64,000 nt of DNA, taken from the NCBI GenBank assembly GCA_964413685.1, contig CAYPSW010000002.1, forward strand, positions 29,352 to 93,351. Direction: 5' to 3'. The translations under genes and the position numbers were made by a program. The DNA is from an uncultured Chitinophagales bacterium. GTDB taxonomy: Bacteria > Bacteroidota > Bacteroidia > Chitinophagales > S012-47. Positions within the stretch are counted from its first letter, which is position 1. Each line of letters begins with the position of its first letter. Below, one piece after another: positions 48,955-58,655 of the stretch. The notes below the pieces were generated by a model. The model searched no databases, was not told the origin of the DNA, and worked only from the letters and a program-made list of their open reading frames with translations.

Positions 48955-49029
48955 GTGTACAACGTACACCCCCATATTACGAAGCCTTATTAATTAGGTT
49001 ACGCTTTTACTTAGTTCTGAAATTTTTTT

Positions 49030-49986
49030 TTAAAATAGCTTTTTTCCAAGCTGTTGATGGGCAATTTTGAATGTGGTCCAGAGATTTTTTACAATTTTGG
49101 CTGCCGGGAGAATTTCATTGATGGTTCCGGAAACCTGTCCGATTTCCAATTCACCTTCGTCAAGCTCACCAAGAAACATTCCTTTTTTTGCACGACCTTT
49201 CCCCAATAGTCCAGCAAGTTCATCAGGACTTGCGCCCTTAGATTCTGCCTCCAAAATCTGTAGAGAGAATGGATTATTAATCAAACGAACCGGGGAGAGT
49301 TTTTTAAGACTTAATTTGGTTTGACCTTCTTTGGTTTCGAGTACCTTCTTTTTAAAATTGATGTGGGCGGAAGATTCTTCACTCGCCACAAATCTGGAGC
49401 CTACTTGTACTGCTTCGGCACCCAGAGCGAATGCCGCTAGCATGGCTTGACCACTTCCAATACCTCCTGCTGCAATGACAGGGATTTGTATGGCCTGAGC
49501 TACCGCAGGAACAAGACATAGGGTAGTTGTTTCTTCTTTTCCATTATGCCCGCCTGCTTCAAATCCTTCAGCAACAACAGCGTCAACTCCGGCTTTCTGG
49601 CTTTTAATAGCGAATTTAACACTTGAAACAACGTGTACTACTTTTATTCCTGCCTCTTTAAAAACGGGTGTCCATTTTGCGGGATTACCGGCAGAAGTGA
49701 AAACGATTTGAATTTTTTCATCAAGAATAAGTTGAATGTGATCCTCAATTTGAGGATACATCAAGGGTAAGTTAACTCCAAATGGTTTGCTCGTTGCTTT
49801 TTTACATTTTTGTATGTGTATTTTCAGGGTATCAGGATACATACTGCCTGAACCAATTAAACCAAGGGCTCCGGCATTACTCACTGCTGAAGCCAGTTCC
49901 CAACCTGAACACCAAATCATACCTGCCTGAATGATCGGGATTTTTATTCCGAACAATGAAGTAATTTTATTGTTACTCATAATCAT
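49030..49986 (-). CDS. NAD(P)H-dependent flavin oxidoreductase (nitronate monooxygenase / FabK-like)
   Basis: 318 aa TIM-barrel FMN enzyme pattern (IPIIQAGM, EGFEAGGH, IPVIAAGGI, VQVGSRF). Confidence 0.83.
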   Translation of the reverse strand: MIMSNNKITSLFGIKIPIIQAGMIWCSGWELASAVSNAGALGLIGSGSMYPDTLKIHIQKCKKATSKPFGVNLPLMYPQIEDHIQLILDEKIQIVFTSAGNPAKWTPVFKEAGIKVVHVVSSVKFAIKSQKAGVDAVVAEGFEAGGHNGKEETTTLCLVPAVAQAIQIPVIAAGGIGSGQAMLAAFALGAEAVQVGSRFVASEESSAHINFKKKVLETKEGQTKLSLKKLSPVRLINNPFSLQILEAESKGASPDELAGLLGKGRAKKGMFLGELDEGELEIGQVSGTINEILPAAKIVKNLWTTFKIAHQQLGKKLF

Positions 49987-49991
49987 TGATT

Positions 49992-49999
49992 CAAAAATA
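49992..49999 (-). promoter_or_regulatory. -7 box TATTTTTG 5 nt upstream of the oxidoreductase ATG
   Basis: Exact TAnnTTTG on the minus strand. Only AATCA separates it from the ATG at 49986. Confidence 0.4.
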
Positions 50000-50065
50000 A
50001 GAAAAGGACTTGTGTCTTATCTAAACCTTATTGATTCTGCAGATTGGATTGAGCAAGTCTTTTTC

Positions 50066-50073
50066 TACTTTTG
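50066..50073 (+). promoter_or_regulatory. -7 box TACTTTTG upstream of glyA
   Basis: Exact TAnnTTTG, ending 31 nt upstream of the ATG at 50105. Confidence 0.45.
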
Positions 50074-50104
50074 AAGCGGAATTAAAATTAGACCCTTTAT
50101 CAAA

Positions 50105-51370
50105 ATGGAAGTTTTCAAACTGATTCAAGAGGAATTAAATCGTCAACGGCAAGGCATTGAGCTAATTGCTTCTGAAAATTTTACAAGCCAGCAGGTAATG
50201 AATGCTATGGGCTCATGTTTGACAAATAAATATGCTGAGGGGCTTCCGGGAAGACGCTATTATGGCGGTTGCGAGATTGTAGATAAAGTTGAAGATTTGG
50301 CTCGTGAGCGCGCTAAAGAACTTTTTGGAGCGTCCTGGGTGAATGTTCAACCACACAGCGGAGCGCAAGCGAATGCTGCCGTTATGCTGGGTTTAATAAA
50401 ACCGGGAGATAAAATTTTAGGATTTAATTTGTCTCATGGTGGTCATCTTACTCATGGTTCTTCGGTTAACTTTTCCGGTAAGCTTTACCAGCCTGCATTC
50501 TATGGCGTGGAAGAAGATACCGGACGAATTGATATGAATCATGTTGAAGAAATTGCTAAAAAGGAGCAAGCTAAATTAATTATCTGTGGTGCCTCAGCAT
50601 ATGCCCGCGATTGGGATTATAAACGTTTCAGAGAAATAGCCGATACGGTGGGCGCATTCCTTGTAGCTGACATTGCTCACCCGGCTGGTTTGATAGCAAA
50701 AGGTTTATTGAACGACCCCATGCCTTTTTGCCATTTTGTAACTACTACAACACATAAAACACTTCGTGGTCCGCGAGGTGGAATGATTATGATGGGACAA
50801 AATTTCGATAATCCCTGGGGTATACATACTCCGAAAGGAAACATTCGGAAAATGTCTGCTATTATGGATAGTGCTGTTTTTCCTGGTACACAAGGTGGCC
50901 CGCTCGAACATGTCATTGCAGCTAAGGCAGTTGCATTTGGAGAGGCACTAACCGATGATTATACGATTTATGTTAAACAAGTTATTTCTAATGCTTCGGC
51001 TATGGCCAAAGCCTTTGTTTCCAAAGGCTATAAAATTATATCCGGTGGTACCGATAATCACCTTATGCTGATTGATCTTCGATCGAAAGATATTACTGGG
51101 AAAAAAGCAGAAAATGCTTTGGTCAAAGCCGATATTACCCTTAATAAAAACATGGTACCATTCGATGATAAATCACCTTTTATTACCTCAGGTATAAGAG
51201 TTGGAACGGCTGCCATAACAACCCGAGGAATGAAGGAAAAAGAAATGAAGCAAATTGTAGAATGGATTGATCAGATCATCATGGAGCCGGATGATGAAGA
51301 TCTGATTTCCAGGGTGAAATCAGAGGTCAATGCCTTTATGGGAAAATATCCGCTCTATCCAGGGATATAA
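50105..51370 (+). CDS. glyA: Serine hydroxymethyltransferase
   Basis: 421 aa. Contains [10 protein letters not shown] and the PLP-lysine motif [14 protein letters not shown]. Confidence 0.97.
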   Translation: MEVFKLIQEELNRQRQGIELIASENFTSQQVMNAMGSCLTNKYAEGLPGRRYYGGCEIVDKVEDLARERAKELFGASWVNVQPHSGAQANAAVMLGLIKPGDKILGFNLSHGGHLTHGSSVNFSGKLYQPAFYGVEEDTGRIDMNHVEEIAKKEQAKLIICGASAYARDWDYKRFREIADTVGAFLVADIAHPAGLIAKGLLNDPMPFCHFVTTTTHKTLRGPRGGMIMMGQNFDNPWGIHTPKGNIRKMSAIMDSAVFPGTQGGPLEHVIAAKAVAFGEALTDDYTIYVKQVISNASAMAKAFVSKGYKIISGGTDNHLMLIDLRSKDITGKKAENALVKADITLNKNMVPFDDKSPFITSGIRVGTAAITTRGMKEKEMKQIVEWIDQIIMEPDDEDLISRVKSEVNAFMGKYPLYPGI

Positions 51371-51428
51371 CCTTGCTATGGTTTGTAATCCCGAATTAGG
51401 CATTATGCTAATTTTCTAATTTTATACA

Positions 51429-51851
51429 ATGCTTATGATGCTTAAAATTGAACATATAGGAATAGCGGTACGTGATTTAGAAGAAGCTACTGCCCGTTAT
51501 GAGCTGCTATTTGGGATTAAACCTTACAAAACAGAGTTAGTGGAAAGCGAAGGAGTAAAAACGGTATTTTTTCAATTGGCAAATAATAAAATTGAATTAC
51601 TGGCAGCAATTAATGATCACAGCCCTATCATGAAGTTTATAAATATAAAAGGTGAGGGCATTCATCATATAGCTTATGCTGTTGAAAATATTCATAAAGA
51701 AATGAAACGATTATCAAGTCTTGGATTTCGTTTATTGAATGAAAATCCAAAACATGGTGCAGATAATAAACTGGTTTGCTTTATTCATCCGGCTAGTGCC
51801 GGAGGAGTATTGATAGAACTTTGTCAGGATGTTGAGGAGGCAGCAGATTGA
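51429..51851 (+). CDS. mce: Methylmalonyl-CoA epimerase (VOC family)
   Basis: 140 aa. Contains IEHIGIAV, GIHHIAY and GVLIEL, typical of the epimerase clade of glyoxalase-fold proteins. Confidence 0.85.
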   Translation: MLMMLKIEHIGIAVRDLEEATARYELLFGIKPYKTELVESEGVKTVFFQLANNKIELLAAINDHSPIMKFINIKGEGIHHIAYAVENIHKEMKRLSSLGFRLLNENPKHGADNKLVCFIHPASAGGVLIELCQDVEEAAD

Positions 51852-51852
51852 T

Positions 51853-52566
51853 ATGGATGATGATTCAAAGAAACGCTACAAACATTTGTTTTTCGATCTT
51901 GACTACACTTTATGGGATTTCAAATCCAATTCGCTGGATACATTAAAGGAGCTATATGTTAACTTTAATTTGAAATCAGCTGGAATACCCGAAGAATCAA
52001 TTTTCATTGAGCGGTACCATTTTAGGAATGATATTCTTTGGGATGCCTATAGAAAACAAGAAATTGATCGGGACTTTCTTCGTGTGAATCGCTGGATAAG
52101 AACACTCAATGATTTCCAGATTAGTGACAAAGTGCTGGCTTACCAGCTTTCTGATGCCTATCTTAAACAATGCGCTTTGAAATCTAAACTGCTTCCGGGT
52201 GCTTTCGAGGCCTTGGCCTATTTGAGGGGGAAATACGCCCTGCATATTATCACCAACGGATTTGATTATGTGCAAACAAAAAAGTTGAAACATTGTGGCT
52301 TAGATCGTTTTTTCCAGGTAGTAATTACTTCGGAAGAAGCTGGCTGTATGAAGCCGGACAGAAGAGTTTTTGATTATGCCCTTTTGCAAACGGATGCTTC
52401 CGCAGATGCATCAATCTATATTGGTGACAATTGGGATGTCGATATTATTGGAGCTAAAAATGCAGGTTTAGATCAGGTTTATTATAATCCGTACAGGATA
52501 GAACATGCTTCAATCAGACCTACATTTGAAATCAGGAATCTTAAAGAGTTAATTAATATTTTTTAG
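51853..52566 (+). CDS. HAD-superfamily hydrolase (YjjG-like nucleotidase subfamily IA)
   Basis: HAD motif I FFDLDYTLWD, motif II ITNG, and motif III/IV K...GDNWDVDIIGA. The ATG at 51853 lies 1 nt after the mce stop. Confidence 0.83.
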   Translation: MDDDSKKRYKHLFFDLDYTLWDFKSNSLDTLKELYVNFNLKSAGIPEESIFIERYHFRNDILWDAYRKQEIDRDFLRVNRWIRTLNDFQISDKVLAYQLSDAYLKQCALKSKLLPGAFEALAYLRGKYALHIITNGFDYVQTKKLKHCGLDRFFQVVITSEEAGCMKPDRRVFDYALLQTDASADASIYIGDNWDVDIIGAKNAGLDQVYYNPYRIEHASIRPTFEIRNLKELINIF

Positions 52567-52573
52567 GCAATTC

Positions 52574-52888
52574 CTATTTGTCTTCTTTCTTTTTGCCTTT
52601 ATCCTTATGGCAGCTTTGTCCTTTATGTTTTTGATCGCCTGAGCAACAGGATTTATGATTGGCTTGATTGCCGGTAGATGAGCAACAAGATTTATGACTT
52701 CCTTGTGAATTCTGGCCTGATTCTGAATTTCCTGCAGCAGGTACGGTAAGATTTACGGCAGGAACAACTTCATTAGGAGTAGTTTGACTTACCTTATTCG
52801 GTTCAGGAGTGCTGTTAATACTGCTTTGTGCATTCGCGGTAAAATATGCAATACTGACCATTAATAACAATACACTAATTTTTTTCAT
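52574..52888 (-). CDS. Small secreted Cys/His-rich basic protein (hypothetical)
   Basis: 104 aa. Signal peptide MKKISVLLLMVSIAYFTANA. The C-terminal half carries a duplicated HKSCCS motif plus HKGQSCHKDKGKKKEDK. Its ATG lies inside the last codons of psd, a 14-nt overlap. Confidence 0.55.
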   Translation of the reverse strand: MKKISVLLLMVSIAYFTANAQSSINSTPEPNKVSQTTPNEVVPAVNLTVPAAGNSESGQNSQGSHKSCCSSTGNQANHKSCCSGDQKHKGQSCHKDKGKKKEDK

Positions 52889-53564
52889 TGTGATTTATTT
52901 TTGGTTCATCAATTTCAGCAATAATTGTCTCACCACCTTTAACACGTTGGTGGAGTTTAATGTTTAATTTGGTATCAAGGGGTAAAAAAATATCGACTCT
53001 TGATCCGAATTTGATAAAACCAAATTCGCTGCCTTGTAAAATTTTATCTCCTTCATTAAGATAATAAACAATTCTTCTGGCCAGTTTACCGGCTATTTGT
53101 CTGACAAGAATATCAATGTTTTTATTACCTATAACAATCGAAGTTCTTTCGTTTTCTTCTGAAGATTTTGGATGCCAGGCAACCCAATAGCGGCCCGGAT
53201 GGTATTTGATGTACTTGACCAAGCCACTGATAGGGTTTCTGTTGACGTGAATATTCTTCACAGACATAAAGATCGAAACCATTAGCCGTTTATCGCCAAA
53301 AAATTCAGGTTCTTCAACCTCTTCTATCACAACAATTTTACCATCTGCAGGAGCCATGATCTTGTTTTCGTCAGGATATGGAAATCGTTTTGGATTTCTA
53401 AAGAACGCGGTAACTACCAGCATACTAATTACTGATGCAAGCATAAGAATCATGGAACTTACCGGCATTTCTGGAAAAGAAAAATCCCAGATGAAGTTAA
53501 TAACCAGTAAAGCAAAAAATAAATGAAGAAGTATTCTTCTACCTTCTTTGTGTAAGTAGCGCAT
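52875..53564 (-). CDS. psd: Phosphatidylserine decarboxylase proenzyme (short type)
   Basis: 229 aa with N-terminal TM segments. The self-cleavage region is FGSRV (GS motif) near the C-terminus. Confidence 0.9.
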   Translation of the reverse strand: MRYLHKEGRRILLHLFFALLVINFIWDFSFPEMPVSSMILMLASVISMLVVTAFFRNPKRFPYPDENKIMAPADGKIVVIEEVEEPEFFGDKRLMVSIFMSVKNIHVNRNPISGLVKYIKYHPGRYWVAWHPKSSEENERTSIVIGNKNIDILVRQIAGKLARRIVYYLNEGDKILQGSEFGFIKFGSRVDIFLPLDTKLNIKLHQRVKGGETIIAEIDEPKINHNEKN

Positions 53565-53565
53565 A

Positions 53566-53602
53566 ACAAAAATCCGGTTCGGGAATAAATCACCGAACCG
53601 GA
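53566..53602 (-). terminator. Rho-independent terminator after gdhA
   Basis: 11-bp stem ATCCGGTTCGG/CCGAACCGGAT with a 10-nt loop, followed by TTTT on the minus strand. Confidence 0.75.
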
Positions 53603-53633
53603 TACAAAAATACTATATTTTTTTGATCAAATG

Positions 53634-55013
53634 CTATACCAGACCTTGTGCCAGCATGGCATCCGCTACTTTGATGAATCCGGCAATATTAGCTCCTTTC
53701 ACGTAATTCACTCTTTTACCTTTGGTACCATACGTTACACATTTTTCATGAATGGTGTTCATGATAGTGTGTAATTTTTCATCAACTTCTTCTTCGGTCC
53801 AGGAGTAACGCATAGAATTTTGAGACATTTCCAACCCTGATACGGCAACACCTCCTGCATTGGCCGCTTTACCGGGTCCGTAAAGGATTCCAGCTGATTG
53901 GTAAACGTCAATAGCATCATTGGTTGAAGGCATATTGGCGCCTTCCGTAACACAGAAACATCCATTTTTAGTCAGCATCTTGGCATCTTTTTCATTAATC
54001 TCATTTTGTGTAGCACTTGGAAATGCCAAATCGCAAGGAACTGACCATGGTTTTTCAGCCGGGAAATAAGGTAAATTATATTCTTTAGCAAATTCACTTA
54101 TCCTTCCTCTTTGATTATTTTTAAGGTCTTTGATAAATTCCAGTTGTTGGTAATCAATACCATCCTTTGCATAAACATATCCTCCTGAATCGGAGCAGGT
54201 AACGGGTTTGGCACCCAGATGTAGCAGTTTTTCAATGGTGTATTGAGCAACATTTCCTGAACCGGAAACAACAGCTGTTTTACCATCGATAGTAGCTTCG
54301 TGATGTTTTAACATAGCCTGAGCAAAATATACACTTCCGTAACCCGTAGCTTCAGGGCGAATCAAACTTCCGCCATAGGTGAGTGCTTTGCCGGTTAAGA
54401 CACCCGACCATTCGTTTTTTAATCGTTTGTATTGGCCAAACATATAGCCAATTTCGCGACCACCGGTACCAATATCGCCAGCAGGAACATCAACATTTGG
54501 TCCGATATATTTTGATAATTCGGTCATAAAGCTTTGGCAAAAGCGCATGACTTCATTATCTGATTTTCCTTTTGGATCAAAATCAGAACCCCCTTTACCT
54601 CCGCCCATGGGTAGTGTTGTTAAGCTGTTTTTAAAAACTTGTTCGAAAGCCAGAAATTTCAAGATGCTGATATTAACTGATGGATGCAAACGAATGCCGC
54701 CTTTATAAGGACCTATAGCACTGTTCATTTGAATTCGATAACCACGATTAATATGGAAGGTTCCCTTGTCATCAATCCAAGGTACTCTGAATATAAAAGC
54801 CCTTTCAGGTTCAACCATTCGTTCCAGAATTTTTGCTTCTTTGAACCTAGGGTTTTTTGTGATGAAAGGAATAACCGAAGAGGCTACTTCCTGTACGGCT
54901 TGTAAGAATTCTGGTTCGCCCTGATTTCTTTTGGCAACGTACTTCATAAAATTTTGTAGTGCCCGCTCATTTGACTTTGAAATGCGTGGCTCTGATGCTG
55001 TTGCGGTTCCCAT
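53634..55013 (-). CDS. gdhA: NADP-specific glutamate dehydrogenase
   Basis: Glu/Leu/Phe/Val dehydrogenase motif LPMGGGKGGSDFDPKGKS and a GSGNVAQY Rossmann motif. The ATG at 55013 is preferred. An in-frame TTG at 55025 would add 4 residues. Confidence 0.95.
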   Translation of the reverse strand: MGTATASEPRISKSNERALQNFMKYVAKRNQGEPEFLQAVQEVASSVIPFITKNPRFKEAKILERMVEPERAFIFRVPWIDDKGTFHINRGYRIQMNSAIGPYKGGIRLHPSVNISILKFLAFEQVFKNSLTTLPMGGGKGGSDFDPKGKSDNEVMRFCQSFMTELSKYIGPNVDVPAGDIGTGGREIGYMFGQYKRLKNEWSGVLTGKALTYGGSLIRPEATGYGSVYFAQAMLKHHEATIDGKTAVVSGSGNVAQYTIEKLLHLGAKPVTCSDSGGYVYAKDGIDYQQLEFIKDLKNNQRGRISEFAKEYNLPYFPAEKPWSVPCDLAFPSATQNEINEKDAKMLTKNGCFCVTEGANMPSTNDAIDVYQSAGILYGPGKAANAGGVAVSGLEMSQNSMRYSWTEEEVDEKLHTIMNTIHEKCVTYGTKGKRVNYVKGANIAGFIKVADAMLAQGLV

Positions 55014-55042
55014 AAATTTTAGCAATTTTAGTGTTTAATTAA

Positions 55043-55867
55043 TTATTTTAAAATTAAATAGCCAATAACAAATGGCAGTGAAAATAGCACTGCATCTATC
55101 CTGTCGAGGATACCTCCATGACCTGGCAACAAGCTTCCCGAATCCTTAACACCAATACTTCGTTTGAACATTGATTCAATCAAATCACCTAGCGTCCCAA
55201 ATATCACAATGATAACTGAAATTATTAGCCAATTCTTATAAGATAATTGTAAAAAAAACTGGCTAACCAATATACCGACAAATAATGCGAAAATTGCGCC
55301 ACCAATAAAACCCTCTATTGTCTTAGCCGGAGAGATTCTTTTCAGCAAGGGATTCCTGCCTATTACTGATCCAATCAGATAGGCGAAAATATCGTTTGAC
55401 CAAATGATGAATAACATACCTAATAATAGCTGTGGCGTATAATTATTATTATCAACAGTTACATAATTCAACAAGGCAAAAGGGGCAGAAACATAAAATA
55501 AACTTAGCAGATTATACGCAATATTTCTAAAAGGTTTTTTGTTTTTTGAAGCCAGTTCCGATATAAAAAAGAGAAATGGTAAAAGAACCGGAATAATCAA
55601 ATACTTAGAGGAAATAGCACCGGTATTAATCAATGCTGTTGTAGCAAAAATCAGGTCAGAGAAAAAAACAAGCATTAAAATGTTAAACGTAGCTTGTTTC
55701 GGTGATTTTCCATATTCCTTTTGTAATAACATCTGGAACTCTACAATTGCTAATCCAATGATGATCAATACAATAAAATAATAAGCAAGCACACTCCAGA
55801 GTAAAGCAGCAATCACAGCAATCCCAAGTACTAAAGCTGTAATACTGCGGATCAGGAGTTGTCTCAT
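55043..55867 (-). CDS. cdsA: Phosphatidate cytidylyltransferase
   Basis: 274 aa, polytopic. CDS signature SMFKRSIGVKDSGSLLPGHGGILDRID. Confidence 0.93.
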   Translation of the reverse strand: MRQLLIRSITALVLGIAVIAALLWSVLAYYFIVLIIIGLAIVEFQMLLQKEYGKSPKQATFNILMLVFFSDLIFATTALINTGAISSKYLIIPVLLPFLFFISELASKNKKPFRNIAYNLLSLFYVSAPFALLNYVTVDNNNYTPQLLLGMLFIIWSNDIFAYLIGSVIGRNPLLKRISPAKTIEGFIGGAIFALFVGILVSQFFLQLSYKNWLIISVIIVIFGTLGDLIESMFKRSIGVKDSGSLLPGHGGILDRIDAVLFSLPFVIGYLILK

Positions 55868-56070
55868 TGCTTGTTTTGTTGAATGACGTGACTTGCCCGC
55901 AGGGCATTGTCGCGGTGAGTATAGATTTCAAGGTATCCAAAAGATCCGTAGGATGAATCTTTTTTGTTCATGACGATGCATTCAATATTATTCTCAAAAA
56001 GTAATCCTTTGATCATTTCGGCCTCAAATTGAACAGCAGTGTTAAATATTTTAACCCAATCTTTTTCCAT
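55864..56070 (-). CDS. Small DUF2007-like protein (putative signal-transducing fold)
   Basis: About 68 aa from the ATG at 56070 (MEKDWVKIF...). The pattern, including EAEMIKGLLEENNI-like sequence, is typical of DUF2007. A 4-nt overlap joins it to cdsA. Confidence 0.5.
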   Translation of the reverse strand: MEKDWVKIFNTAVQFEAEMIKGLLFENNIECIVMNKKDSSYGSFGYLEIYTHRDNALRASHVIQQNKQ

Positions 56071-56983
56071 ACCATATTTTGGAATGCGTGACAAAGGTAT
56101 AAAAGAGGTGAAGAAATACTATAAATAGTATTGAACCAATTACAAGGAAAATCCAATTGGTTGAAATACCGGATTTATCAACCGAGGTAAGGTCAGGATA
56201 ATAATAGCTAATGGTGAGCGCTAAGCTATTGTTGATAAAATGAGCAGCAATTGCATACCATAATTGTCCTGACCACCAGAATATATAACCAATGAATGCC
56301 CCCAAGATCAAACGGGGTAACAATAAACTAATCTGAAAATGAATGAGGCCGAAAATTAAAGCAGTAATCCAAATACCAGCATGATTTCGTTTTAATTGTT
56401 TTTGAATTATCCGTTGCAATATACCTCTGAAAAATAATTCTTCTCCAATGGCCGGAATGAGAGCCATGGTGACCATAGCCAGTGAAAATTGACCGAAGCC
56501 ACTAAAATTAAGCAAGGCAGAATAATCTTCTGTCACCCTTTCGTTTTGTGAATTAATCCAGTGAGCCAAGTTTCCCCATGAATCGGGAATCTGCAGAAGT
56601 TGATTAAGCTCATATGCTAAGTCGGCCACGGGGTTAACCAGAAACCCAAGGAATAATAGAATAATAAGGGGAAGTAGTGCCGGTTTTATTTTTAATGTAA
56701 AATAGTCATCTAAACGAGGTTTGGCAAGTAAAATACCAAATAATATCGATGGGATAACAAAGGTTCCCAAAGAGGCCATTGCCTGAATAAGTAGAGCTGC
56801 ACCAGGATAGAGGCTCTGTAATTCAGTATTTTGTAGAAAAGGCTGTAAATCTGAAATCGGATAAATCTGTTGGGCAATAAGCCCCCCGGCTACCCCAAAT
56901 AAAGTCCCTCCCAATAAGGCCATTCCGGTTAGAGTGAGTATATTACTGAAGAATTGAAGTCGTGGCTTTGTTGAATTCACCAT
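56051..56983 (-). CDS. CPBP-family intramembrane glutamic endopeptidase (CAAX protease / Abi-like)
   Basis: Polytopic. Motifs GEELFFRG, FGLIH and HFINN appear in CPBP order. The ATG at 56983 is preferred over the TTG at 57019. Confidence 0.83.
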   Translation of the reverse strand: MVNSTKPRLQFFSNILTLTGMALLGGTLFGVAGGLIAQQIYPISDLQPFLQNTELQSLYPGAALLIQAMASLGTFVIPSILFGILLAKPRLDDYFTLKIKPALLPLIILLFLGFLVNPVADLAYELNQLLQIPDSWGNLAHWINSQNERVTEDYSALLNFSGFGQFSLAMVTMALIPAIGEELFFRGILQRIIQKQLKRNHAGIWITALIFGLIHFQISLLLPRLILGAFIGYIFWWSGQLWYAIAAHFINNSLALTISYYYPDLTSVDKSGISTNWIFLVIGSILFIVFLHLFYTFVTHSKIWYGKRLG

Positions 56984-57046
56984 GGCAACAAAAATCCATA
57001 AATTTGCGAAACAAACCAATCTTCCCTCAGTTCACCCTATTTATTT

Positions 57047-58048
57047 ATGATTAAAATAGGTTCCCTTTTACTTAATGATTTTCCACTGCTGCTTGCACCG
57101 ATGGAAGATGTCAGTGATCCTCCTTTCAGAGCTTTATGTAAAAAATATGGAGCTGACCTCATGTTCACAGAATTTATTTCTTCAGAAGGACTGATAAGAA
57201 ATGCCGGAAAAAGCACTCAAAAACTCGATATCTATGATGAAGAGAGGCCGATGGGTATCCAGATATTTGGTGCCGAATTAGACTCCATGATACAAGCTGC
57301 TGCAATAGCTGAAACGGCAAAACCTGAATTGATTGACATTAATTTTGGCTGTCCGGTAAAGAAGGTCGTAAGGAAAAATGCGGGAGCAGCTATTCTGAAG
57401 GATATTAATAAAATGGTGCTACTGGCGACAGAAATCGTTAAAAGAGTTTCTTGTCCCGTTACCGTAAAAACAAGATTAGGATGGGATCAGAATTCAGTCA
57501 GGATTGTGGAAGTAGCTGAACGATTGCAGGACTGCGGCATTCAGGCTATTACCATTCATGCGCGTACCAGATCGCAGATGTATAAAGGACAGGCCGATTG
57601 GAATTGGATAAAACGGGTAAAAGAAAATCCACGTCTCCAAATTCCGGTTTTTGGCAATGGGGATATAACGAGTCCTCTGAAAGCTGCTGAATACAAGGAT
57701 CGATATGGTCCGGATGGAATCATGATTGGACGGGCAAGCATAGGTCATCCATGGATTTTTAAGCAAATAAAACACTATTTAAGTACAGGTAAAATACTCG
57801 CTCAACCCTTGTTAGCAGAAAGAATAGCTGTTTGCAAAGAGCATTTGAATAAATCCCTAGATTGGAAAGGAGATAAACTGGGAGTGCTTGAAATGCGAAG
57901 ACACTATTCTAATTATTTTAAAGGTTATCAAAATATCAAGCCCTATAGAAACCGGCTTGTTACAGAAGATAATCCAAAGATGATAATAGCTATTCTTGAC
58001 GAATTGGCTGATGCCGGTTTAATACAAACCCAGGCATCGAACGCTTAA
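57047..58048 (+). CDS. dusB: tRNA-dihydrouridine synthase
   Basis: 333 aa. Contains LAPMEDVSD, INFGCP and HARTR motifs, and a C-terminal helical domain. Confidence 0.92.
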   Translation: MIKIGSLLLNDFPLLLAPMEDVSDPPFRALCKKYGADLMFTEFISSEGLIRNAGKSTQKLDIYDEERPMGIQIFGAELDSMIQAAAIAETAKPELIDINFGCPVKKVVRKNAGAAILKDINKMVLLATEIVKRVSCPVTVKTRLGWDQNSVRIVEVAERLQDCGIQAITIHARTRSQMYKGQADWNWIKRVKENPRLQIPVFGNGDITSPLKAAEYKDRYGPDGIMIGRASIGHPWIFKQIKHYLSTGKILAQPLLAERIAVCKEHLNKSLDWKGDKLGVLEMRRHYSNYFKGYQNIKPYRNRLVTEDNPKMIIAILDELADAGLIQTQASNA

Positions 58049-58118
58049 TCTTGAATTTGTGTTTTGTCTTTTAATACCTTACCTTTAATAAAGCTTTCAC
58101 TGTATTCAATATTGATTT

Positions 58119-58655
58119 ATGATTATAGCATTGATGCTTTTGTTAGCCATTTTGGCAATAATCATTACTTGGGTTTCTATCAAGGTAAGGAAGAGTTCTC
58201 TAAAAAATTCCTTTCTTTCTATTCATCAAAATTGGCAACGGCTAAGCGACTTAGCTCGACAGATAATCGAGTATGCTCAGAAAATACAGGTCAAGGAAGA
58301 CTCCATATCAGAGAATACTATGCAAATAGCAGGCGTATTAGAAAAGAATGAACAGGAGATTGTGATTAGTAATAAAATGAAGAATGAAATTACTCAGCTA
58401 ATAGAATGCATAGAAAATCAACAGAAAGACCCAGCAAATTATGATTTTAATCGTTTGCAACGATGCTGGTATGACACAAGATTTCAACTCGAATCGGGAT
58501 GCGATGAGTATGTTCAATCTGTTATTGAGTATAATCAAAAACTTCACAGCTTTCCTGGTAATCTTCTGGCGGGAATGTTTCAACTAGAGACCATCGAAGA
58601 TTGCGGGGTTTGTACCGAAGCTGATGCCGGTCTCCGAACGGTGAAATTCCATTAA
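58119..58655 (+). CDS. LemA-family-like membrane-anchored protein
   Basis: N-terminal TM anchor. The C-terminal YNQKLHSFPGNLLAGMF resembles the LemA YN..i..FP.nlvA..fg motif. The rest is divergent. Confidence 0.55.
   Translation: MIIALMLLLAILAIIITWVSIKVRKSSLKNSFLSIHQNWQRLSDLARQIIEYAQKIQVKEDSISENTMQIAGVLEKNEQEIVISNKMKNEITQLIECIENQQKDPANYDFNRLQRCWYDTRFQLESGCDEYVQSVIEYNQKLHSFPGNLLAGMFQLETIEDCGVCTEADAGLRTVKFH

Noticed and set aside
58064-58351. 95-aa plus-strand ORF overlapping the 5' part of the LemA-like gene
   Set aside because: It is in a different frame from the longer 178-aa ORF. The longer ORF has a TM anchor and a LemA-like C-terminal motif, while the 95-aa product is low-complexity.
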